A DNA stretch of 64,000 nucleotides. It comes from Octopus vulgaris (taxonomy: Eukaryota). The notes under the pieces were generated by a model, which did not search any database, was not told the origin of the DNA, and saw nothing but the letters and a program-made list of their open reading frames with translations. The first letter of the stretch is position 1; the number at the start of each line of letters is the position of its first letter. Below, piece after piece: positions 11,848 through 23,480 of this stretch. The stretch spans positions 73,780,001 to 73,844,000 of the forward strand of contig OX597817.1 of NCBI GenBank assembly GCA_951406725.2, in the 5' to 3' direction. The position numbers and the translations under genes are program-made.

Positions 11848-12405
11848 ATACAAAATGGGACAAGAACGCAAAACATCAGGACAACTAGGTGATACAAAAA
11901 GGGACCTTTTCTCTCTCTTCTCTTCCCACGTGACCGATCGGCCAGACTGCTCGCTCTTTCTTTCTGGGTCTGACCGTGGTCCGTGCAACATTGATATTCT
12001 TCCCTGTATCTCTGTCGTAAGGCTTCATTTCCATACGTGCCAGCTTAATTCAATTCGTCCTTAGTCGAAAGACACTTGTTGTTATGTCCTGTTATTATTT
12101 TTATTGTATTTTTTTATTGCATTTATATTTGTGTAACATTGTTTTTACCGTCCTTGTTTTGGTATACATTCGATGCTTTCTTCCAAGGAATCTAATGCTT
12201 AGTTTCTCCTCGGGGCTGGCCAGATTGGAGCAATCTCAAGAATAATCAGCCGAAATTCGAGGGTAATCTGGTTCTTGACTAAAGATAGAAAACTTCGAAT
12301 GACCCGTCCTTGTTTTCTTTGTATCGTGTATCTGGATGTTTTGCTGTCCCTTTTTGTATCACCTAGTTGTCCGGATGTTTTGCGTTCTTGTCCCATTTTG
12401 TATTT
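11848..12405. mobile_element. Element with 58-bp inverted ends between (TA)n tracts (probable PLE pLTR with inverted tail)
   Basis: AATACAAAATGGGACAAGAACGCAAAACATC.GGACAACTAGGTGATACAAAAAGGGAC (11848-11905) is the reverse complement of 12346-12405. Confidence 0.65.
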
Positions 12406-12435
12406 TATATATATAGCGAAGCACGTATACTTTGT

Positions 12436-12492
<57 letters not shown>

Positions 12493-12664
12493 ATATACAC
12501 ATATATATGTTTGTGCGTGTACGTGTGTGTGTGTATGTGTGTGCGTGAGCGTGTGTGTGTGTATGAATGTATGTATATGCATATATATCTATATATATGT
12601 ATATATATATATATACACATATGTTTATGTTTTTATCTATATCTCTATATCTGTATAGATAGAT

Positions 12665-12730
<66 letters not shown>

Positions 12731-12805
12731 TTATATCTATGCATGCATATTTATAACTATCGGTCTAGATAAATAGATATATACATGCATACACACACAC
12801 ACGCA

Positions 12806-12882
<77 letters not shown>

Positions 12883-13542
12883 ATGTATGCAGATATAGCT
12901 TATTTCGTTATTAGGTTCCTCAGATAACGAGTGTTAAAAATACTTTTCAAAAGCGGAAACAACTATATGAGATCTGAATATAGGTCTTAATGCTTGTTTG
13001 TGTTTGTGCATATCTATGCGTCGATGTGTGAAAGGAATATTGGCATAAACACAATTGCTAAGGTTGTAGTTGCTATGTAGATGACGAGCAGAAATATTTA
13101 TGAGATAGGCAGACATGCAGAATGAGAGAGAGCAAGCTAGAGGAAGAAATGCACGGGGAGAAAAGACAGAGAGAGAGAGAGAGGGAGAGAGGAGGAATTC
13201 TGAGAGAGAAAGACGAATAGGGCCAGAGTGAGAGACAGGGGATGATTGTGAGAGAGAGAAAGTGAGAGAGAGTGAGTGAGAGAGAGAAATGGACGCGTAA
13301 ACTAACTGTGAGTAAACGAGAAGATGCTAGAAAGAAGAGGTACATCTTTAAATCACACTCTACTGTTCTGCTTTTTAAAAATAACATATTGGATAATGTA
13401 GTCCAAGTAAATAGGAATACAAAATAGTTATAGATGAAATGTTTTGATCTGAGCTATGATTATTAAGTGTTAATAAGTAGGTTAAACAAAGACATATACA
13501 GAGAGAGAGGGGGAGAGAGGGAGAGTGAGAGTGAGAGAGAGA

Positions 13543-14255
13543 CCAAGGAAAATAAGTAGCGATTCTGATACACGAAGAAATGATCAAGCTAAGTAACAAT
13601 TTATTAAGAAAGAACTATCCCCAAAATATACTATCCGTTCCATCTATGAAGAAAAGAGAGGATGAAGCCCATCAACTGACCACAGTCTGTCTACCCTATG
13701 TGAAAGGCCTCTCCGAAAAGATACAAAAGATATGCGGCCCGTATGACATCAAGAGAATATTCAAGAGTAATACAACACTTCGCAAATATATCCTTCGAGT
13801 AAAACCAACAATAGAAGAGAATAAGACCAAAAACTGTGTGTACTCCATCCCATGCAGCTGTGGTAAGAAATACAAAGGCAAAACATGCCGACCCCTCAAA
13901 ATAAGGGTAGGGGAACATCACAAAGCTGTGACACAAGGAGATATTGATAAATCTGGTGTTGCTGATCGTGTATGGAAAAATGGAGACCAGCTCCCTCTGG
14001 GATGAAGTTAAAATAATAGACAGAGAACACCACTGGAAAATACGAAAACTAAAAGAAGCGGCACATATGCTAGGACACAACAACCTCTTAAACAGAACGT
14101 GTGCAGATATGAATAGCACATGGGAACCGGTATTGAGGAAGGTTAGGAGAATATTAGATTTATAAGCCCTAAAATTCACTCCTTAATTGACCACGGACAT
14201 TATGGCGTAGCGGTTAAGATGCCAAGATTCCGAGTTCAATTCCAGGCAGTGACCT
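13543..14255 (+). mobile_element. 5'-truncated Penelope/Poseidon-type PLE (thumb, GIY-YIG, start of pLTR)
   Basis: LPYVKGLSEKIQKI...KNCVYSIPCSCGKKYKGKTCRPLKIRVGEH...; a frameshift near 13990 leads to WDEVKIIDREHHWKIRKLKEAAHM..LLNR. A tRNA-like A/B box lies at 14203-14243. Confidence 0.88.
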
Positions 14256-14299
14256 CAATCTCAAGTTTTAAAACAAAACAAGTTTTAAAACAAATATAA

Positions 14300-15040
14300 T
14301 TTTTTTTTAGACATTCACTAATACAAAACTAAATACAAAACCAAATATATGGCACACTAGGCATAACAACAACACGAACTTCCAACCTGTTGTCTCTTGA
14401 GGTCTCTGGGTGAGACTTGGAGCCAACTTGTACAAATATAAAGCAAAAGTCAAACATAGAATAATAATAATAATAATAATAATAAATGCCCTGATGCAGT
14501 ACCAGGCAGTGGCTTTCATGGCTTCTGATCTTAACTGATTGGAAGTGTTATCATGTACATTGTTTTGTCTTGGTATAAAAGATGGGTTAAAGCAAATATT
14601 CTGCTCAATACCACAGATTTGCTTGTCAGTTGTTTGATCTTAACCAGTTGAGCATATCTCTTAGTGGCTGACGATATGTGCATCTTTGATCACAAGCAGA
14701 AGTAGTGGGGGAGCATCAGAGCCATGTGTTGAAGGGAAATATTAGGGGCTTGGATAATTCACGTTTGGAAACATGGGTGTTTCGTTCATCATCCTTAAAC
14801 AACCCTTATTCAGGGACCTTTTGAGCGGAATGGGTTACTCAACCAGAAGCAAATTCTAACTGGGCCCCACTTGCAAGGTCATGAGCTGTTTATCTTGATA
14901 TGAGATCCCCATGTCGCGCACATATGGTTGTGCTGCATGTACCTAGTGTACCCTTATGAGACGGGTTGTCATGATGGGTATACAGGGCTTCGTATATTTT
15001 ACTCTAGTGTCACTTTGATGGCATGCACTACTCTCTCACA
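14300..15040. mobile_element. Insertion(s) splitting the Poseidon-type pLTR: a LINE-like 3' end with (AAT)n tail plus an unclassified ~560-bp repeat
   Basis: Sequence contiguous in the 40135-40585 copy (B box-GACC-(AAT)n-AACATCG) is interrupted here; (AAT)n occurs at 14459-14482 and 15041-15051. Confidence 0.6.
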
Positions 15041-15231
15041 TAATAATAATAACATCGGAAAAATACCTTAGGTTCGAAAATACCCAGGTTCAAAAATTCC
15101 CCCAGGACACCAGATGAAGGCTGGAGAGTACATCAGCCGAAACGTTGTGTTAACAACAAACGAGATGAGGACAAATATCGGTCAAATGTAAATAATGTAC
15201 GTAATTCCTTATCTCTCAAATATAGAACTGC
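15041..15231 (+). mobile_element. Remainder of the Poseidon-type pLTR
   Basis: AACATCG.AAAATACCTTAGG...GATGAGGACAAATA..GTCAAATGTAAATAATGTAC matches 40441-40584 and the reverse complement of 22355-22510. Confidence 0.85.
15106..15151 (+). ncRNA. Minimal type-I hammerhead motif (U4A lesion)
   Basis: GACAC-CAGATGA-A-GGCTG gagagtacat CAGCC-GAAA-CG-TT-GTGTT. The sister copy at 22414 has CTGATGA. Confidence 0.7.
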
Positions 15232-15323
15232 ATACTATTATATTTAATGGATAATAAGGGAATATAATGCACATAGCCAACACACAGTGTGTGTGTGTGT
15301 GTGTGTGTGTGTATCAGTGTGTA

Positions 15324-15354
<31 letters not shown>

Positions 15355-15355
<1 letters not shown>

Positions 15356-15718
15356 GCAAAAATTTAGATTAAGATGAATGTGGTACTTAAGTTGAGGCAC
15401 CAGAATTTAGTACTGTATTATCCATACAATTTCAAAATAAGGTGATTAAAATCAAAATAAGCAACAAGGCTATCCAGAAGTAATGCAGTACTATCGTTTC
15501 AAGCAACTCTATTTAATTGAACAATGCAATCATTATATTAATTTAAATGCAGAGCAATCCTCAGCTGCATAAATACATAGAATTTAATTAAATGAAAAGA
15601 GATGTTTTAATTCAATTAAATTCTATGTCTTTATGCAGCTAGGATTGCGATGCATTTAAATTGATGTAATGATTGCATTGCACATTTAAATGGAGTTGCT
15701 TGAAACGATCGTTCGCAT
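15355..15718 (-). mobile_element. PLE pLTR fragment with fold-back inverted copy (arms 15483-15598 / 15605-15718)
   Basis: ATCGTTTCAAGCAACTC...CAGCTGCATAAA.ACATAGAATTTAATT is mirrored by AATTAAATTCTATGT.TTTATGCAGCT...GAGTTGCTTGAAACGAT; abuts (TA)n at 15328-15355. Confidence 0.72.
15483..15570 (-). ncRNA. Type-I hammerhead-like motif, long stem II
   Basis: Minus strand ATGCAG-CTGAGGA-[57 nt]-GAAA-CGATAG-TA-CTGCAT. Stem I is a perfect 6 bp, but the base of stem II pairs poorly. Confidence 0.62.
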
Positions 15719-16025
15719 GTGTGTATGTTGATAACGATTTCACCTAGAAAATTATCTTATTTGCTAAACTAAAATCAGAAACCAATTGGTCCAGGAAACT
15801 AGATGGTAAAAGTTTTTATTTTTTCTTTCGGGATTTTGTGGTTTTGGAACCTAGCTGTCCTTTTTAGCGTGATGAATCCCATGAGTAGATTTCTCTTAAG
15901 TGTTTAAATGTAGACTGTGTTTTATGAGTAATACATAGTCTTTAGACTAATTATTTACACGTTAGGCCTCTGGAAGTGGAAATTTCTTTAAATTTCCATT
16001 TCCCTTCGATATGATTAAATATATA

Positions 16026-16640
16026 TATATTATATAGAGGGCATTATTACACATAAATGCCATACGCTAGGAGGGACTTTTAAAGTCATAACTACCAAAA
16101 ATAAACGAATCGTACCGAATGCAGCTCTCGAAGCAAGACACTTAAAAACAGAATTTAGTTCCAGATCACCTGTGATTTCGCAATTAACGTATTATCTACG
16201 TCTCATGTTCTTCAGTGAAACGAATTCAAATTATATCATGAATGAACAAAACCAACATACCCGGCGGAACCAAACAAACAACCGTCGCTCCATCGTAGCA
16301 CATGAAAATGTTCACTCCTCATATATTTATGTAAATGGAGGGCTTTTCGGTAAGAAACGTGCTTCACATGTGATCTGGAACTAAATTCTGTTTTTAAAGG
16401 TCTTGCTTCGAGAGCTGCATTCGATACGATTCGTTTATTTTTGGTAGTTATGACTTTAAAAGTCCCTCCTAGCGTGTGGCATTTATGTGTAACAATGCCC
16501 TCTATATAATATAATATAAAAAAATATTTTCAAGTGAGAAAATTTACAGATTTTTTCTCTTATGAGGTTTTTCACGCTAACTACCTGATAATTTCTTAAG
16601 ATTTCTTATTAAGATTTTATCCTAATTTTTAAACCTAATT
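16026..16640. mobile_element. PLE pLTR inverted-repeat structure (arms 16026-16175 / 16364-16513) between (TA)n tracts
   Basis: TATATAGAGGGCATT...GAATTTAGTTCCAGATCAC.TGTGA is the reverse complement of TCACATGTGATCTGGAACTAAATTC...AATGCCCTCTATATA. Confidence 0.8.
16159..16220 (-). ncRNA. Type-I hammerhead ribozyme motif
   Basis: Minus strand TTTCA-CTGAAGA-[aCAtgagACGTAgataaTACGTtaatTGc]-GAAA-TCAC ag GTGA-TC-TGGAA. The sister arm has the perfect palindrome TCACATGTGA. Confidence 0.72.
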
Positions 16641-16642
16641 TT

Positions 16643-16715
<73 letters not shown>

Positions 16716-16774
16716 GCATATATATATATGTATGTATATATACGTATATATATATATGTATATATATATATACG

Positions 16775-18681
16775 TATATGTAAACGTATACAAAACGATC
16801 AAACAATAATAATTAAACAAGCAGATAAAGGTGGTGCAATTGTTATTATGGATACCGAATACTATAAGGATTTGGTTGAAGACCAACTGAAGGATACAAC
16901 CTTCTATTGTGAAATACCCGCAAATATAGACCACCACATCATGAAAAAGATCAACAACCTGATTTCAACACACCACAACTCACTTACGGATAATGAAAAA
17001 GACTACATCACCAATTTTTGAACCAAAACCCAGCAACTTCTACGGCTTACCAAAAATACACAAATCAAAAAACATTCAACAGGCAGTAAAAGAACAAGAA
17101 AGTGAGTACATAAAATTATTACATCCAAAAGACCTAAAACTTAGACCTATTATAGCTGGTCCAGCATGCCCTACACACCGTCTAAGCAATTTTATTGACA
17201 TTGTTTTGAAACCACTATGTACTTACATACCAAGTTTCATCAGGGATGACATCGACTTCCTGTCCCATCTTCCCAAAACAACAGAAACAAATTCAGTTTT
17301 ACTAAGTTTTGATGTGGTAAGCCTCTACACCAATATTCCACACGATTTAGGAATAAAGGCGATTAAATACTGGTTAGAAAAACATAGAGAAGTGATTCCC
17401 AGCAGATTCACAGTGCCATTTATATTAGACACAGTCAAACTTATTCTAGAAAATAACACATTCTTCTTCAATGGAAAGAATTACATCCAAATTAGAGGCA
17501 CGGCGATGGGAACGAGGTTTGCTCCCGTTTACGCCAACTCTGTAATGGGATACTTAGAAGAACAACTCTACCAAGAGGTGGAGGTAAACTATGGCACTGG
17601 ATTTAGAAAGTATATTGAAAAGGCATGGAAGAGATACCTAGACGACTGTTTCATAATCTGGACAGAATCTCTAAATACTCTGGAAGAGTTCAATATCCTC
17701 CTGAACAACCTACACCCATCTCTCAAATTTACAAAGGAGATGAGTAGTACCAAATTACCATTCCTGGATATAATGGTAATTAAAAAAGACACCACCATCA
17801 CCACAGATATATACTATAAACACACAGACACACATCAATACCTAAATTTTAAGTCGTGCCATCCACCACATACAAAACGTAACATCCCATACTGCCTAGC
17901 CAGAAGAATTTGTACTATTGTAGAAGATGCAAATATCAGGAACAAACGCCTAATAGAACTAAGAGAATTTTTGCTCAAACAAAAATACCCATCTCTACTT
18001 ATAGAAAATGGCATACAGCGGGTTATAAAAATACCTATACAACAACTTAGGACAACCCAAGGAAGAGGAAAACAAGAACAAGTCATACCATTCATAGTGA
18101 CACACAACCCATGTCACCAGAATATCTTCAACATTGCCAAAGCAAACCTACCAATCATTGCCCAAAGTAATGAATTAAAAGACATAATCAAGGATCGAGC
18201 TATGGTGCTTAGTAAAAGACAGCCTAAAAACTTGAAAACATTACTAACAAAGGCAAAATTTGACCTCAGCAACAAAGACCAAACATTCACGGTATCTAAA
18301 TGCAATGATAGCCGATGTGGCACATGCCAATTCATACATACCGGTCAATATATAAACACAAAAACCGGGAAAATATTCACAAACGCGAATATGAACTGCA
18401 AAAGCAGAAATTTAATTTACTGCATCAAATGCCCAAATTGTGAAGAAATATATGTAGGTCAGACGGGAAACGCACTATTAGAACGCTCACGTGTACACCG
18501 GCAACAGATTAGAGACCTAGAGGTCCGTCAGATACCTTTGAGTAACCACCTAGCAACATGTGGTCGGAAAATATATATAATATTTCCATTCTACAAATTA
18601 CACAGCCCAAGTGAAATCGAGAGGAAAATCAGAGAAAAGAATTTTATTGATAAATTCGAACCCAAGCTAAATAAGCAATAA
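16775..18681 (+). CDS. PLE reverse transcriptase + GIY-YIG endonuclease (5' partial; one +1 frameshift in the T-run near 17015-17019)
   Basis: [16 protein letters not shown] (frame of ORF 16728-17021) joins [56 protein letters not shown], the CNDSRCGTC linker and [19 protein letters not shown]...R..H...H...E...LN (ORF 16993-18681). Confidence 0.93.
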
Positions 18682-18994
18682 TAATAATACTTAGAGGTAT
18701 TACTTCCACTGCTACGACCATGACCACTAACAACAACAACAATACTAAAGGTGATCAAGACGAAGATAGCAGGAAAATTATCTTATTTAGGGTTAAAAGT
18801 TCTATTGCCACCACCATCACCACTAGCAACAATAATTAAGGTGCTGACAATGATGATGATGACAATTGAAATATAAAAATATAAAAATCTCTGACAAAGG
18901 ATATTTACAACATTTCTAAAAATAACCCAACAATTGCTGCTTCGGCCAGGGTCAAGATACAGGACTCTTGACCTGTCCAACAAAGCGTGATGCC

Positions 18995-19115
18995 TAAACC
19001 AATCAGCTCAACCAACCAATCAGCTTAAGTAATTGAGTGATACTACACACTGATTGGTCAGAATACAGTTTGCAAAACCTAGCACTCTGGAGCCTACCCA
19101 GCTGTATTTATAGCA
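18995..19115 (+). promoter_or_regulatory. Putative pLTR Pol II promoter (CCAAT boxes + TATA-like motif)
   Basis: CCAATCAG occurs twice (~18999, ~19016), CTGATTGG at ~19050 and TATTTATA at ~19105, about 70 nt upstream of the hammerhead. Confidence 0.5.
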
Positions 19116-19175
19116 CAGAATCACTCATCTTGCTACAGTCAAAAATTGTGAAGCATGACTGTCAACACTACTACA

Positions 19176-19220
19176 TGAACCCGAAGATTGCAGAATTCAA
19201 TGCATGAAAGTACTAGTTCA
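19176..19220 (+). ncRNA. Minimal type-I hammerhead ribozyme, U4C core variant
   Basis: TGAAC-CCGAAGA-t-TGCA gaattcaa TGCA-t-GAAA-GTAC-TA-GTTCA. Stem I is perfect, stem III is the palindrome AGTACT, and the predicted cut is after 19215. Confidence 0.78.
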
Positions 19221-19382
19221 ATCAGAATGAATATTTAACATTCTACTATTTCATTTTATTTTATTCAATTATAATATATTATCTTATAATATATCATTAT
19301 AAGATTGTAAATAAAACGTGAAAATCAGACAAGGTTGGAATTCTTTTTATTAATATATTCTTCTATACACAATCACACACAC

Positions 19383-19451
<69 letters not shown>

Positions 19452-19574
19452 TATATATATATTAAAAATTTAGACGACTGACCACTAAAGTGGACAGTCT
19501 ATATGCTAGATATAGACGTCAAATCGCCATTTTCCACGAAGAATGTTCTCTAATTTTAAATAAATTTTATATAT

Positions 19575-20660
19575 ATATTGTTTATTTTTTGTTTTTTGAT
19601 TTGTAATTAGTGTTTTTTAATACGTTTTGCTAAAATTACTGTTTCTTTTCAGATATCATCAGAAAAAGGTAATTACAATTTATTAAAATGACAGATCGAT
19701 CGGACTTTCAAAGAGTTCAAATTGTTGGTGCTCGCATGGCAGGCGCTAATATAACGAAAACAACCTAAATCTTTAGTGTATCAGGAAGTACTGTCTCGAA
19801 AGTAATGACAGCCTTTGAGAAAGAGGGGAAAACCTTCACGTCGAAACAAAACTCCAGAAGAAAATCAAAAATTTCAGATAGGAACTGTCGGACCCATACG
19901 CGAATTGTTAGAAGGGATCACAAAAGAACAGCTCCCAAAATTACTGCAGACCACCTCGAGAACCCAGTTTCCACAAAAACTGTTCGCCGGGAGCTGCGTA
20001 AAGCCGGATTTCACGGGTGGGCTGCAATTAGAAAACCACTGCTTTCAAAAACAAACGTTGCTAAACATTTAGAGTGGAGTAAAAACCTACAGAATTGGTC
20101 GCTAGAGCAACGGAAGAATGTTATTTTCTCGGACGAGTCATCCTTTACCTTATTTCTGACCACCGGTCGAGCATTTGACCCAGATTCTACCAACTGTTAA
20201 ACATGGAGGAGGATCTGTGATGATCTGGGTGGCTATATATATCTTGGAAATCTGCCGGCCCAATGGTTTCCCTTTAGGGTAGAATTAACAGTCAAAACTT
20301 TTAAAGCATTTTATCTGATCAAATTCATCCTATGGTTGAACTGTTTCCGGAGTGAAACGCAATCTTTCAGGATGATAATACACCAATTCACACAGTTAAA
20401 GTTGTTACTGAATGGCACGAGGAACACTCTAGTGAAGTTGAAGATCTTATCTGGCTACCACAGTTCCCAGATCTCAATATTATTGAACATTTATGGTGCA
20501 TTTTAGAAAAACAAGTGTGGTGTCGATATCCTCCACCATCATCACTACAAGAACTGGAGACAGTTTTAGGTGAAGAATGGACAAAAATTCCTTTGTAAAC
20601 AATTCAAACTTAGTACAAGTCCATACCTCGTAGAATTCAAGCTGTAATTACTGCCAAATA
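19575..20660 (+). mobile_element. Decayed Tc1-like transposon, DD36E transposase pseudogene (ATG 19688)
   Basis: MTDRSDFQRVQIVGARMAG..., RKPLLS, VIFSDES, KHGGGSVMIW, FQDDNTPIH, PDLNIIEHLW; contains stops and frameshifts. Confidence 0.9.
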
Positions 20661-21152
20661 AATTTCTTTGAAACAGTTTGACTGAGCTTCATACGACTCA
20701 AAGTTTCGTGGGTACGTAGGAAGGACCAATTCCGTCAGATATCTGATGAGATGAGTACATCCTATGTGCCACGAAACTCTAAGTAACATGGGACTGAGTC
20801 GTGCTGAGTGCCACTCACTTTCGCTTTTCCATTCACTCGTATACACACACAGACACACACACATACGCATGCATGTATCTATGTGTATAAGCACACACAT
20901 ATGCTCACACATACACACTATACATCTATATATATGCGTGTGTTTGTGCATGTGTGCGTGCGTGCACGCACCCGTGTGTTTTTGATGTGAATTGGCGAGA
21001 GAAGAATTACATGATAGAAGGGTGGATTTTAATAGCTTACTCGGAATATAGTTTTTATATAATTAAATATATACACATCTATTTATATGTATGCGTATAT
21101 ATGAACGTATGTATACATGTATGAGTATATGCATATATATATATATATATAC

Positions 21153-21189
<37 letters not shown>

Positions 21190-21280
21190 AATGAAACCAG
21201 GAAATGAACAAAAGAATGTGTGTATGTATATATATATATATATATATGCGTGTATGAATGTACGTATGTATGTATGTGTG

Positions 21281-21349
<69 letters not shown>

Positions 21350-21699
21350 GTATGTATGTATATATATATTGATCACTTTTGTGAAGTATTTTACAGAGAG
21401 AAACGCAGTAGAGGATTTATCGATATTTCAGTTGTATTCATATATTTCCGTTTTTTCTTTTCGAGCTTACTGGTCTGTATATAATCAGTACACTTCCCTT
21501 ATGAATCTCACTTTCCGATGACAACATAACACGATTTATTCTAAATGTAGACTTGTTAGAATTACAAAACCGTCCCTCAGGAGAGGCCCATACCAAAAGT
21601 TTTTTAAATCAAATATCAGTCGACCGTACACACACCTACACACACACGAACAGACACGCACTCACGCAGACACAATCACATACTCACACACACACAGTG

Positions 21700-22150
21700 A
21701 AGCCGATATGTCAAAAGTATATTGGTGGAACTTGAAAATTAAAATAGCTACCAAATTAAACACAACCAGCCAGATATCATTGTGTGAGACCACAAGAAAA
21801 AGATAGGTTCTATTAGGGAAGTCAGCTGCCCTCAGGATATCAATATGGTTAGAAAAAATACAAGAGAAATAGGTCATCTATGGACCTTTGATAAGGAATT
21901 CGCAAATCCAATGTCCAAGATGTACTTTCAGCTTCACACCTATTTATATCGGAGCTACAGGATACTTACCAACTCACCTGGAGCAAAGTATGGCTGAACA
22001 TGTGTTCTTGGGGAGAGAACGCAAATCCTTGATTCATATGCTACAAATGATAACGATATCTGGGGGGCTATCAAAATATGCAAGAACTTCTTAAAATTTA
22101 AAGGATGGTGCACAAAACAAGACGCTTTCCTTCACAACCTTGCTACCAAG
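21700..22150 (+). pseudogene. Highly decayed PLE GIY-YIG fragment
   Basis: QCPRC....IYIGATG....LEQSMAEH resembles the CxxC-YIG.T-R..EH pattern. Confidence 0.4.
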
Positions 22151-22354
22151 TAGGTGGTCGGTAAAAATTTATTCTAAATTTAAAAAAAGAGAGAACATAT
22201 ATACATACATACATGCATACATACATACAAAAGGCAATATATATTGAAAATGACAAATAAATTCTACGGGGGTTATTAAATCTGTGAAGAAAAACGGGAG
22301 AATAAAGTAGAATGGTCTATTATTATTTATTATTATTAATAGTAAGGGAATGTT

Positions 22355-22505
22355 ACTTGGTAATTTACATTATTTACATTTGACAGATATTTGCCCTCAT
22401 CTGCTTTGTTGTTAACACAACGTTTCGGCTGATATACTCTCCAGCATTCATCAGGTGTCTTGGGGAAATTTCGAACTGGGTTCTCATTCCTAAGGTATTT
22501 TTCGA

Positions 22506-22585
<80 letters not shown>

Positions 22586-22622
22586 TTGTTGTTGTTGTTA
22601 TTATTCGGGTTACTGCCTGAGA
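22355..22622 (-). mobile_element. Solo pLTR of the Poseidon-type family with expanded (AAC)n(AAT)n
   Basis: Reverse complement CAGGCAGTAACCCGAATAAT(AAC)n(AAT)nAACATCGAAAAATACCTTAGG... matches 15041-15231 and 40411-40584. Confidence 0.85.
22414..22459 (-). ncRNA. Minimal type-I hammerhead ribozyme, canonical CUGAUGA core
   Basis: Minus strand GACAC-CTGATGA-A-tGCTG gagagtatat CAGCc-GAAA-CG-TT-GTGTT, with palindromic AACGTT as stem III. Confidence 0.78.
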
Positions 22623-22679
22623 AGCAGTACTAAACATAGCAGAATCGTTACCGCACAGTCCCTAACTAATAGAGCAGGC

Positions 22680-23130
22680 TTCTCTAACAGTCCACAAGGA
22701 CGCTCAGACATGTTATCAGGCCATAATTCCATTCTTCCTTCATCAATCCAACCTTTTGGTTGGACATAAACATAAATACCATCGAATATTCTTTCTCTGG
22801 GTAATGCTCGTCTTTAAAAAATTAAGAAATAGCAGTTTTATGCCATCAGTGTAGAGTGCTTATATAATTGAGTCATTTATCCTCACACATCCGAGAAACC
22901 ATGATGCTGACTCCCTAAAACTACCAAGTCTTGGATAGTGCATAATCATTTTAGTGAATGTTGAAAAACTCGAAAGTCTTCGGTCTAACATCCACGCTTT
23001 TAGTTCTTCTAATTCAGGCCACTTTACATTTAACCGACGGATAGGTGGGGTCTGCTACATCTAACGGCTTTCAGCAGCCTTTGTTTCTTCCAAGTCTTCA
23101 TCATTATTTTTTTGTTTGTGGTGAACCAAA
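22680..23130 (-). pseudogene. pogo/Tigger-like transposase fragment
   Basis: Minus strand ..TDGIKL..IF.. and GIYVYVQPKGWIDEGRMELW resemble the pogo DDE-domain ADG.KL and KGWM motifs. Confidence 0.55.
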
Positions 23131-23400
23131 ATACCAGTCAGTTGAGATGTTTCATAGAATATAATGTGTCTGTATGCATGTATGTATGAATGTATTTATG
23201 TATGTATGTATGTATATGCGTATGTATGTATGTATGTATGTATGTATGTATGTATGTATGTATGTATGTATGTATGTATGTGTGTATGTACGTGTAGAGA
23301 GAGTGGGCCAAGAAGATAGGTCAAAGACAAATGTGGCTGTGACTTATTAAACAATAAGGAAGACACTCTTATCAACTATGATAAACAGATAGATAAATAA

Positions 23401-23480
<80 letters not shown>

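Larger units (their letters stand above)
16775..19290 (+). mobile_element. Near-intact 5'-truncated Penelope-like element (Neptune-type linker) with 3' pLTR
   Basis: RT + GIY-YIG coding region followed by CCAAT boxes, a TATA-like motif and a hammerhead; (TA)n lies directly 5' and shortly 3'. Confidence 0.93.

Noticed and set aside
12895-12930. Minus-strand CTGAGGA...GAAA hammerhead candidate
   Set aside because: The intervening sequence does not form stem II and the flanks do not pair.
16026-16640. 5' pLTR of the adjacent 16775 PLE
   Set aside because: Its sequence and hammerhead are unrelated to that element's 3' pLTR (19176), so it is a separate insertion in the same TA tract.
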